Source of the DNA: a candidate division WOR-3 bacterium
GTDB lineage: Bacteria; Hydrothermota; Tepidihabitantia; Tepidihabitantales; Tepidihabitantaceae
Assembly (NCBI GenBank): GCA_965648905.1
Contig: CBFGIT010000012.1
Coordinates: 31,209 to 95,208 of the forward strand
Reading direction: 5' to 3'
Length of the DNA stretch: 64,000 bases
Below, one piece after another: positions 57,301 to 64,000 of the stretch. Numbering within the stretch: the stretch's first letter is position 1; each line of letters begins with the position of its first letter. A model generated the notes under the pieces. It saw nothing but the letters and a program-made list of their open reading frames with translations. It made no database searches and had not been told where the DNA came from. Both the position numbers and the translations under genes were made by a program.

Positions 57301-58307
57301 GGAGTGGACCAGGTCCCGGTTTCATGATTGTAGATGTGGTCGCGGGTGACGATGGCGAACGAGGCATTGGCGCCGGAGTAGATGACGCCGATGCCAGTGT
57401 TATAGGGCGTGGATCCCTGGCCGCCGGCCCAGACACCGTTGTCGACACCAGCCGGAATGTCCGGGAACGCAGCATCAGACCAGGTGTTGTTGGCGACAGA
57501 GTACGCTTCGCAGACGCGCGTCACGACCTGGTTGCCGTTGCCGAAACCGGTGGCAACCCAGATAGTGTCGCGGAAGAACCAGACGTGCGAGAAGACGCGG
57601 CCATGCGACGGACTGGCGCGCTGGGTCCAGCCAGAGCCGGGTATGTAGCGCCAGAAGTTTGCCGTCGGGTTGGTCGCGCCCGGAGCCTGACAGCCGCCGA
57701 TTCGGTAGATATGGCCGTTGGTCAGGTCGGTGACCGTGCTGGGTTGCCAGCCGAAACCGTTGCCTGAGCCACCACCCGGTTCTGGCCCAGGAGCATAGAC
57801 CCAGTTGTTACCGGTGATGGAGTACTTGGCCACTGTGTCCATGCACTGGGAGTTGGAATAGGAGTAACCACCGAAAACGTAGATTGTGTCACCCCACCAG
57901 TCAGCGTCTGAGTTGCACAAGCCGAACGGCATGGCGGTCAGTGTCGTCCACGTGCGGGAAACCATGTCGTTGCGGTATATGCCGGTGAGCTGGGTGCCGC
58001 CGTAGCCGCCCATCACATACTGATGGGTCGGAGTAGCAGCAACCATGTGGTCCATCATCGCGGTCGGGAGCGTGCCCCAAGTGGACCAGGCGTCGGTTTC
58101 CATGTCTTCCCTGGCCCAACCCCACTTGTAGTCCTCAGAGCCGTACACGCCGAAGTAGAACTTGGCGCGATACCAGACACCCGGCTCATTGGCCGGATAG
58201 TCGTTCGGAACCGGGGCGGTCAGCGAAGGCTTGTTCGACGCACCTAGAACCGCGGCCGCGAACAATAGGAGCAGTATGACTACCGCCCCTTTTTGGCTGG
58301 TTAGCAT
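54318..58307 (-). CDS. Large secreted modular protein: Kelch propeller, CARDB-like repeats, CBM9/DOMON-like domain, ALKGN propeller, T9SS-like CTD
   Basis: Signal peptide, YVMGG/YVFGG Kelch repeats, DVGV...VKNFG...ND repeats, IDG.L..EW, YAFKGNKTNEF repeats, PNPL..GFAT CTD; SD AGGAGG. Confidence 0.82.
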   Translation of the reverse strand: MLTSQKGAVVILLLLFAAAVLGASNKPSLTAPVPNDYPANEPGVWYRAKFYFGVYGSEDYKWGWAREDMETDAWSTWGTLPTAMMDHMVAATPTHQYVMGGYGGTQLTGIYRNDMVSRTWTTLTAMPFGLCNSDADWWGDTIYVFGGYSYSNSQCMDTVAKYSITGNNWVYAPGPEPGGGSGNGFGWQPSTVTDLTNGHIYRIGGCQAPGATNPTANFWRYIPGSGWTQRASPSHGRVFSHVWFFRDTIWVATGFGNGNQVVTRVCEAYSVANNTWSDAAFPDIPAGVDNGVWAGGQGSTPYNTGIGVIYSGANASFAIVTRDHIYNHETGTWSTPNTTLPITRYRGATIGNWFQQCLMTGGASSGFAYTNTVVFDSWPGLIYPNDVGVARFVVPASPMLVPGSTIQPTITVKNFGTNAQVDFPVGFHIVSGTDTVFAETTLVSLLAGDSVDVVFSDWNVPDSLFLSFTMWGYTMLSGDQRTANDRKTIICLTTTDTIFSHNGAPTPNIDGYLAPNEWDHAFRMDATNAGGRGSGSPAGPSYFYFMHNAYYMYIACAMPNAPQRNVGDQCGFYIDEDNDGSWETTPVEGNYWFVVNASNADEVQYRPWTTSGPGQPATVPGAICASSVFNGYLVFEGRIPVGDLPYQLTVDPATDTCGMFLFALDAPNTFPGWWPVWLDDTLGWQDPSLYGKMILKTLQSGDVGVASIEAPVGRVPPGGTVTPRATWRNYGTTPMNFTAYCFINDPSGTRIYTQSQASQLNGGQTVQLTFPTSGALTTEGGYTVKCSTAAAGDQNPANDWREGAFAVGLAADMAVVSIIAPTGVVETMAVIPPQARIKVNYAQGAVNAAIYFIIKSPDDTVRYNELINWTGATVGEDSVFTFPDFGPVPNIAGRWSVLCSLYCAPDTFAANDKKTGVFFVGQGPGVVYAFKGNKTNEFWLYNQDVPSWTEKASATVGSKPIAAGGFLTYNAGDQRIYAGKGNKTNDFLRYSIMGDSWALLKPIPGTKPANKGTVGRADGEGNVYVVLGNNTFEFYRYNADADSWKKLNDVPGGASGKKVKAGSNLAWAPGEPGRLYFLKGGKNDFMAYRPDGDSWAQLANAPGDKYPAGSWLAFDGDSLVYCHQGKVGAMNIFNTKTGAWSAAPGGGIPLTGRSGKSKKPKDGSAGAFLEGKLYALKGGNTEELWVYAADSGKWTQLDDVPLIGSTGKKKKVKAGGDLTIGAPPVVMLASKAGQYGVTTQEIVPGKATMTIAPNPLANGFATVQFSLPRAGEAHVRVTDVTGRTVIARTLAATRTGAVGLDLRQLAAGVYLVRLEADGYSTQQKLVVQH

Positions 58308-58504
58308 CTTTAGCCTCCTGATGCGTTTGGTTTACCTAACCCGCAAGCCCCTGCCTCCTTGCAGGTGTTCTGTTTGGTTATGCGGCATTCGCACGGGCCC
58401 GAGAGCGACCAAGCCCCACCGCATGGGGCACAGCAGTCGGTGCCGCTTGAGATGCCATGACAGGGGTGTCGGTTAGCTGTAACCCGGGCTTTACCGACTG
58501 GAAC

Positions 58505-58532
58505 ATTATATCCCCCGACCTGTTGCTGTCAA
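58505..58532 (-). promoter_or_regulatory. Consensus sigma70 promoter with a ~190-nt structured leader
   Basis: TTGACA-N16-TATAAT. Confidence 0.7.
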
Positions 58533-58578
58533 GCAATCCGAGGGGGGTACTGCTTTGGCCAGTGCGGGCCGTGCGCAG

Positions 58579-59964
58579 CTAGTCTGGCCTGGGAACAGTC
58601 GCACGGACGAGGAGGATGCTGTCACCGGCCACGGCGATGTACTCAACCTCGGAGTCAGAACGGAAGCGCAGGCGCGACCCACCGCGCGGAGGTTCGCGAT
58701 ACGGGCGACTGGGGTGACCGTCAAGGACGACGTACCAGTCGATGCCTCGCCAGCCGCAATAGGCATAGTGCTGGCTCGTTGGGCTGAACACAAGAGTGTG
58801 CGGCTCGACGCCGTTGAGCAGGAATGTGTCGGCAATTCCATCTATTACGACGTGGCAAAACGGCCGAGACCGTGTCACATAAGCCAGGCGTCTGCTATCC
58901 GGACTGAAGACCGGTGGGTACCGGACAAAGCAGTCGGTACCGGCCGGTTCGCCGTCGAGGAGTAGACCGGTGGTGTCACCACTGCGGAAGAAATGAGCGA
59001 GGTGACGTGAGTCCGGGCTGAAGACAATGGTCGAGTCATCACCGATGTCGCGGACGATTCTTATCGGCTTGTGGTCGAGGAGTACGGCCCACAAGGTGTC
59101 GAAGCAGGCGCCATAGGCGAGGCGGCGAGAGTCCGGACTGAAGACAATGTCATTGCCGATGCCGTCGGTTTCGGGGCCGGGGTCGTTGTCGCAGTAAACG
59201 CGCCATTTTGTGTCATTGGTTGCGGCGTAGGCGAATCGGCGTGAATCCGGGCTGAATCTGAACCAGGAAACGGCCCGGTACCAGCCAAGCGGATGGCCGT
59301 CAAGCACGACCGCGGTTCGGCCTTGAGCATTGGCGATGAATGCGAAGCGTGAGCCGTCCGGGCTGAACTGAAGCGAGCCAGAAGTAACCGCGTCGAACGG
59401 CCCGGTCATCGTACTGTCGAGGACAACATACCAGTTCTTTCCGCGGCGGCCCGGATAGGCAATGTGCCGGCTGTCCGGGCTGTGGATGACGGTTCCGATT
59501 CCTTCAAATACCGGACCTTCAATGCCGTTGTTCACAACCAATGCCTGCGTCTCTTTACGCACGGCGTACGCGACCCGGGTCCCGTCCGGACTCAGCAGTC
59601 GGCCAACGCCGACGTCGTCGTAGCGCGGCCCCTCTTTGCCGTTGACAACAGCGAAGATGCGTCCGCCGGCTTTGGCGACGTACCCGATGGCCCGGCCATC
59701 ATCGCTGAACACCGGGTCGCCGCTCCGCACGGCGTCATATCCAGGCCCCGGACGGCCGTCAACCACTACGTACCAGATTGAGTCACCGATACGGGCCAGC
59801 CAGGCAGAACGTGAGAGATCCTTGCTCGATACAAAGTTCTCCAGGGTCCACGCCGCCGGCTCGAGTCTGACCAGGAGTCTGGTTTGCGTCGGCCGCCGGC
59901 ATGCAGTCAGAGTGACCAGCGAGAGCAAGCAGAGCCCTAGGATTGGACGAATGCGGTTCATCAT
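58579..59964 (-). CDS. Lipoprotein with WD40/PD40-like FSPD repeats (beta-propeller)
   Basis: Lipobox LTAC; about eight FSPDSRRxAY...VVxDG repeats. Start inferred at ATG 59964 with a purine-rich SD. Confidence 0.78.
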   Translation of the reverse strand: MMNRIRPILGLCLLSLVTLTACRRPTQTRLLVRLEPAAWTLENFVSSKDLSRSAWLARIGDSIWYVVVDGRPGPGYDAVRSGDPVFSDDGRAIGYVAKAGGRIFAVVNGKEGPRYDDVGVGRLLSPDGTRVAYAVRKETQALVVNNGIEGPVFEGIGTVIHSPDSRHIAYPGRRGKNWYVVLDSTMTGPFDAVTSGSLQFSPDGSRFAFIANAQGRTAVVLDGHPLGWYRAVSWFRFSPDSRRFAYAATNDTKWRVYCDNDPGPETDGIGNDIVFSPDSRRLAYGACFDTLWAVLLDHKPIRIVRDIGDDSTIVFSPDSRHLAHFFRSGDTTGLLLDGEPAGTDCFVRYPPVFSPDSRRLAYVTRSRPFCHVVIDGIADTFLLNGVEPHTLVFSPTSQHYAYCGWRGIDWYVVLDGHPSRPYREPPRGGSRLRFRSDSEVEYIAVAGDSILLVRATVPRPD

Positions 59965-60033
59965 CGTAGTCTTTCCTTTCGATTGCACGACGGCAGTGAC
60001 CGAGACGCGGTCGATGCGCCCCAGCGGGGACTA

Positions 60034-60061
60034 ATCCTAGCCCCAACTCCGTGCGGGTCAA
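60034..60061 (-). promoter_or_regulatory. sigma70-like promoter for the lipoprotein gene
   Basis: TTGACC-N16-TAGGAT. Confidence 0.5.
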
Positions 60062-60090
60062 GCCGGGTCGATTTCCGGGCGGTGGTTCGG

Positions 60091-60118
60091 TTGACAGACT
60101 GGAGCACTACGCTATACT
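60091..60118 (+). promoter_or_regulatory. sigma70-like promoter
   Basis: TTGACA-N16-TATACT. Confidence 0.65.
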
Positions 60119-60163
60119 GTCATCGTGCAGTTACTCAGTTACAGCATTTCCCAGGAGAGAATC

Positions 60164-60814
60164 ATGTGCAGATTCTTGGTTCTTCTGCTTCTTGTGTTGT
60201 CTCCCTGTCTTGCAACTCCGGTTCCCGACCAAGTGCGGATTGTCGGTATCCTCAGGACCAATGACTATACGGTCAGGATGGACGCGGTCCGGTGGGAGTT
60301 CATGGTCGGCGTACCGATTGAACAGATGACCCTGGGCTGGGGTGGTGAGCCTGGTCAAGAGGACACGTTTCAGTTCCCGGAGCTCGAGCAGCAGCCGACA
60401 TCGTGCGTAATCACGTATCAAGTGGTGATGCCAGCCACGTTGCCCATTGACCCTTTGGTCTTCGATACATGGTATACCATCTTGCCCCAGGCTGAAGATA
60501 GCATCGCACCCGAAGTGCTTTTCGCCCTGGAGATCGCCGGCGTCCAGGAGTCTAGACAAACTCCTGAGAACCGGCCTACGGTGATGCCTAACCCTAGTGG
60601 CGGACCGGTCAAGATGATTCTCACCGAGCCGGTCTCCAAGCGTGTCTCGATTGTCGGCAGCGATGGACGGCTTGTACGGGAGCTCGATGCTATCGGCAAC
60701 GAGGTGGTCTGGGACGGCCGTGACCATTCGGGTAGACCGGTTCGGTCCGGCGTCTACTACTGCCGCGTGGGTGGCGCCGGTCCAACTGTGAGATTCATAC
60801 TCTCAGTTCGCTAG
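60164..60814 (+). CDS. Small secreted protein, unknown ~120-aa domain + FlgD-Ig/T9SS-like CTD
   Basis: SD AGGAG, signal peptide, PNP...DGRLVREL...WDGRDHSGRPVRSGVYY. Confidence 0.78.
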   Translation: MCRFLVLLLLVLSPCLATPVPDQVRIVGILRTNDYTVRMDAVRWEFMVGVPIEQMTLGWGGEPGQEDTFQFPELEQQPTSCVITYQVVMPATLPIDPLVFDTWYTILPQAEDSIAPEVLFALEIAGVQESRQTPENRPTVMPNPSGGPVKMILTEPVSKRVSIVGSDGRLVRELDAIGNEVVWDGRDHSGRPVRSGVYYCRVGGAGPTVRFILSVR

Positions 60815-60829
60815 GGCAGGTGCCGTAGC

Positions 60830-60858
60830 TTGACCTCTGACCTGTTGTCGGTTAACAT
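60830..60858 (+). promoter_or_regulatory. sigma70-like promoter
   Basis: TTGACC-N17-TAACAT. Confidence 0.45.
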
Positions 60859-61029
60859 GAACAGAGAAGGCAACGCTGAGCGATTGCCGGCTTCAGCCTT
60901 CTCCAGTCAGAGTATTCCCGGCCGCTCCGGGTCTTACATCGAATCACAAGCTGCCCGGGGTTGCAGTTACAGGACGCTGCAACCCGTTCTCGGCAAACCG
61001 GTCCTGCAAACATCATCGGAGGAAAGTGA

Positions 61030-61698
61030 ATGAAGTACGTCGTTGTCCTCGCTCTGGCAGCAGGGGTCTGTGCGACCGCGCTGGCTCAGGTCGAGGTGAG
61101 AGGAATGGTGTACACGGGCAGGTATTCTGTCCGGATAGACTCGGTCAAGTTCGCAACCACGGCAGGGATCGTGACTTTTGTGGTCTCGGATTGGGGGGGG
61201 GGGGCGTATGTGCGTGATACTGCGACGTTCCATACGGTCAGCGAACCGACGTTCTTCGGAGTCTATTACAGCGTCAACAACCAGACACCCGACCCGGTCC
61301 AGGCTCCGTTCGTGCGGGATTCGGTTTACGCTCTCCCCATCGGGAATCTGCCACCTCAAGCGCCTTTCCCGGACCTCACCTGGCTGCCGGCCGGTGGACT
61401 CGAGGAAGAGCATTCGAGCGGCTTGAGCTTGGGGCTGTTGACTCAACCGAACCCATTTGTTGGCTCAACCACGGTACGCTATGCGCTGGCGCAAAGTTCG
61501 CCGGTTCAAGTTGAAGTCTGCGATCGGTCAGGCCGAGTCGTTCATACTCTGCACAGTGGTTGTCTCGCTGCTGGTCAGCAGATTGCGGTTTGGGACGGAC
61601 GTGACGCCTCGGGCGAGCGTGTCCAGGCCGGCGTCTATCTGGTGCGTGTGAGTGCGGGCGCCTGGTCTGAATCGAGGCGACTGGTCAAAGTGGATTAG
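61030..61698 (+). CDS. Small secreted protein, paralogue of the upstream gene, with FlgD-Ig/T9SS-like CTD
   Basis: SD GGAGG, signal peptide, PNPF..TT.RY.L...WDGRDASGERVQAGVYL. Confidence 0.82.
   Translation: MKYVVVLALAAGVCATALAQVEVRGMVYTGRYSVRIDSVKFATTAGIVTFVVSDWGGGAYVRDTATFHTVSEPTFFGVYYSVNNQTPDPVQAPFVRDSVYALPIGNLPPQAPFPDLTWLPAGGLEEEHSSGLSLGLLTQPNPFVGSTTVRYALAQSSPVQVEVCDRSGRVVHTLHSGCLAAGQQIAVWDGRDASGERVQAGVYLVRVSAGAWSESRRLVKVD
61193..61204 (+). repeat. G12 homopolymer inside a CDS
   Basis: tgg ggg ggg ggg gcg (W-G-G-G-A). Confidence 0.85.
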
Positions 61699-61806
61699 CG
61701 TTTCTGTCCGTTTCTGATGCACAGCACCCTGGGTGTACCAGGGTGCTGTTGGTCTACGGACGCGTCAAGGGCCAAGCGGATGTTCCTATTCCCTGCTGCA
61801 GGTCGT

Positions 61807-62094
61807 GAGATCGGGGTCTGCGTCATGCTCTATGCAACGAGCGCCAGCGTGGCATGTGCCATACTGTTGCCAATGCTGGTGCGAGCAGCACTGCCGGTGC
61901 AGAGACAGGTACTGACGTCAGGACACCGCAGGGCGCGGTACGATGTGCTGCGCAGAACGGCACGCATTGTCATTGGCACGATGCCGGACAACGTCGGTCT
62001 TGGGATGTCCGAAGACGTCGTGCTGGAAGTCACGCGTAGTACGAATTGGACAGGGATGTGACCAATGACGTGGCAGACAGCCTGGGGAAGGCAG
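61807..62094. repeat. Degenerate 12-bp periodic array (~24 units) upstream of the HTH gene
   Basis: In 12-mers from 61807: position 7 is purine in 24/24 units and position 8 is pyrimidine in 20/24. Confidence 0.45.
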
Positions 62095-62196
62095 GAGGGT
62101 TGGACACACCGCTCTGGGTATCTTCTTGCCGGCAAATAGGTTAGGCACGATTCCAGGCTTGTGTCTCCGTATAAGACCTGCTACAATTCACCTGTC

Positions 62197-63312
62197 TTGC
62201 CCGTCACCAAGTCGGATTTCACGCTGGTCCAAGAGCTGGGCCTGAGACTCCGGGAGCTGAGGCAGCGAGCCGGGCTCAGTCTGGCACAGGTTGCGCGCCG
62301 GATGAGCCGCAGCCGAGGGTTTGCGGCTTATCTTTCTTTGCTGGAACGGGGCAGGCTGAAGGCTCCAGGCGTGACGCTCGTAGCGGAGTATCTGCGTGCC
62401 TGCCGGGCGAGCATGACCGACATCGTCTCCGTGTTCGACCGCTACACATCGCAGCCGACTCTGATTGAAGAAGCCGGGGCTAAGGCCGTGCGCCAGGTGA
62501 CAACGCAACTGCCGGTTCATGTCGCAGGTGCGCTGGAGCGGTACGATGTGAAGACCACGCACGCACGGATTCTGGCCGGGGAGGAGCCGTCTGACCCAAA
62601 GGAGCGCGAGTTGCGCATCCGCAAGCAGGCTCAGGCCTGGGTTGAGCGGGGCCGACTTGACCGGATAGTGCATCGGGAGATGGACAATCTGGGCGTGCTG
62701 CCGGTGCTCGCCGTGCGCAAGGTCGCGTTCGACTATGCTCACCGGGTCTGGCGTATTCTCAGGACCACGCGCGCTGTGCCGGGCCAGGGGCTCAGCCGAC
62801 GGCGCAAGCCGCGTGACCTCAGGCTGGCTCAGGCGGAAGAACAGGCGCTCAAACTCGAGGTGATTCCGCTTGAGGGTCTGAGACTGATTGCGCGGGTGAC
62901 GACCGCGCTCTTCGAGCAGATGGAGCGGCTCGGTGAGCTTGATATCCTGCCCGGGCTCGCGGCAGTTCCCTACATCCAGAAGCCGCTTTCGTCGTTCTGC
63001 CGGGTGCGGCGTTCAGAAGTGGCTGCGGTCGTACCCGGTCTGCCGTATCGGGCCGAATACCTGTCCGCAGTCAAACTCGACGCAGTCCGGCAGCTTGAGG
63101 CTGCGGGCATTGTCGGTGACCGGTTGCGGCGTTACCTGCAATGGCTCGGACAGATCGAAGCAGTCGCGCTCTCGACCGGGCCGGATTCAGATGAGCGAGC
63201 CCGACGCATCGACGAACTGGTCAATGGTGCACATGATCCGGCTCAGGCCCGCGCGGTCGCCGAAGTCTATCTCGCAACGTTTGAGCGCTGGCGTCCCAGG
63301 CTTTACAAGTAG
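62197..63312 (+). CDS. XRE-family helix-turn-helix protein with long helical C-terminal region
   Basis: LGLRLRELRQRAGLSLAQVARRM...YLSLLERG..APG. Start inferred at TTG 62197, downstream of a TACAAT box. Confidence 0.75.
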   Translation: MPVTKSDFTLVQELGLRLRELRQRAGLSLAQVARRMSRSRGFAAYLSLLERGRLKAPGVTLVAEYLRACRASMTDIVSVFDRYTSQPTLIEEAGAKAVRQVTTQLPVHVAGALERYDVKTTHARILAGEEPSDPKERELRIRKQAQAWVERGRLDRIVHREMDNLGVLPVLAVRKVAFDYAHRVWRILRTTRAVPGQGLSRRRKPRDLRLAQAEEQALKLEVIPLEGLRLIARVTTALFEQMERLGELDILPGLAAVPYIQKPLSSFCRVRRSEVAAVVPGLPYRAEYLSAVKLDAVRQLEAAGIVGDRLRRYLQWLGQIEAVALSTGPDSDERARRIDELVNGAHDPAQARAVAEVYLATFERWRPRLYK

Positions 63313-63314
63313 AG

Positions 63315-63340
63315 CTGGGGCGGCCCGAAGGCCGCCCCAG
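63315..63340. terminator. 11-bp GC hairpin between convergent genes
   Basis: ctggggcggcc-cgaa-ggccgccccag. Confidence 0.6.
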
Positions 63341-63359
63341 TGATGTCACGAGAGCCGGA

Positions 63360-64000
63360 CTAGCGCTCGACGACGAGCTTGTGCGTGACGCTGGTGTTCT
63401 CAGTGGTGAGTTTCACCAGGTACACACCGGTCGCAAGCCTTCGCAGGTCAAGCCCGACACTGCCCGTGCGACTCAACGCCAGTCCCCGCACCAGCACCGC
63501 CCGGCCGGTCGCGTCGTACACGCGCACCACGGCCACAGACGGCTGGGTCAGGTTGTACGAAAGGGTCGCAAAGCCGGTGGCCAGCGGATTGGGCGTAACC
63601 GAGAGTGACGCACGCCGACCATCAGCGGTCAGCGCCATAACGCCCTTCTGCTCAGCCCGCGGCAGGGCCAGCGTCGTGACTTCCCCGGTGTTGTAGAAGT
63701 AGAAGTCGTTCACGCCGTTGCCCTTCATCGCCGGCAGGTCCACCGGTACCGCAAGTCCAGGTGCAGGCAGCGCAGCACGGGTGATGTCGCCGCCACCCTT
63801 CACCTTCTTGTTCTTGCCCGACCGGCCGGCCAGCGGCATGTCTTCAAGCTGAGTCCAGGAGTCGCCGTTGATCGCGTACTTCCAGAACTCCTGCGTGTTG
63901 CCGCCCTTCAAGGCGAAGATGTAGCCGGCATAGAAGGCGGCTGACCCGCCGTCTTTCGACTTCTTCTTCTTGCCCAGGCTGTTCACCGTCGGCATGCCTT
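63360..64000 (-). CDS. 3' end of a secreted protein with ALKGN propeller and T9SS-like CTD (truncated by window edge)
   Basis: GKKKKSKDGG, FALKGGNTQEFWKY, KGNGVNDF, PNPLATGFATL...LDLR.L.TGVY. Confidence 0.8.
   Translation of the reverse strand, partial: GMPTVNSLGKKKKSKDGGSAAFYAGYIFALKGGNTQEFWKYAINGDSWTQLEDMPLAGRSGKNKKVKGGGDITRAALPAPGLAVPVDLPAMKGNGVNDFYFYNTGEVTTLALPRAEQKGVMALTADGRRASLSVTPNPLATGFATLSYNLTQPSVAVVRVYDATGRAVLVRGLALSRTGSVGLDLRRLATGVYLVKLTTENTSVTHKLVVER

Noticed and set aside
58460..58500. c-di-AMP (ydaO) riboswitch, suggested by cagctaacc and the presence of cdaA
   Set aside because: The motif lies right after the predicted TSS and the upstream conserved ydaO elements are absent.
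1..64000. CRISPR array, DGR/retron, IS, prophage, tRNA/rRNA
   Set aside because: No repeat-spacer structure, reverse transcriptase, transposase, integrase, phage genes or recognisable structural RNA seen by eye; short RNAs could have been missed.

Overview
GC-rich, gene-dense chromosomal segment from a diderm anaerobe. An FCB-superphylum origin, probably candidate division WOR-3, is inferred from the many secreted proteins with T9SS/FlgD-Ig-like C-terminal domains; no marker gene confirms it. Housekeeping content: folP-cdaA-DUF2723 operon, EF-G paralogue, tonB, tamA-tamB-priA, recJ, rlmI, tolB and larA. An 18-gene operon (18.1-32.7 kb) encodes a group-4 membrane-bound [NiFe]-hydrogenase with Mrp-type antiporter subunits plus an AsrAB/HydBG-like NAD(P)H-diaphorase module. 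A putative extracellular nucleic-acid scavenging operon carries two FadL/PorV-like barrels, a ComEA-HhH barrel, a 5'-nucleotidase and RecJ. A tightly coupled four-gene DUF6754 membrane complex has no known function. Seven secreted proteins carry a C-terminal sorting domain (CTD); three of them share a Lys-rich 'ALKGN' propeller. Non-coding signals: sigma70-like promoters mostly with 16-bp spacers and frequent leaderless starts, three degenerate 12-bp-periodic intergenic arrays, two GCAGAAT heptamer arrays (one inside a signal-peptide coding region) and a G12 tract in a secreted-protein gene. I saw no rRNA, tRNA, CRISPR, transposase, integrase or reverse transcriptase. All assignments come from motif recognition by eye; no searches were run.
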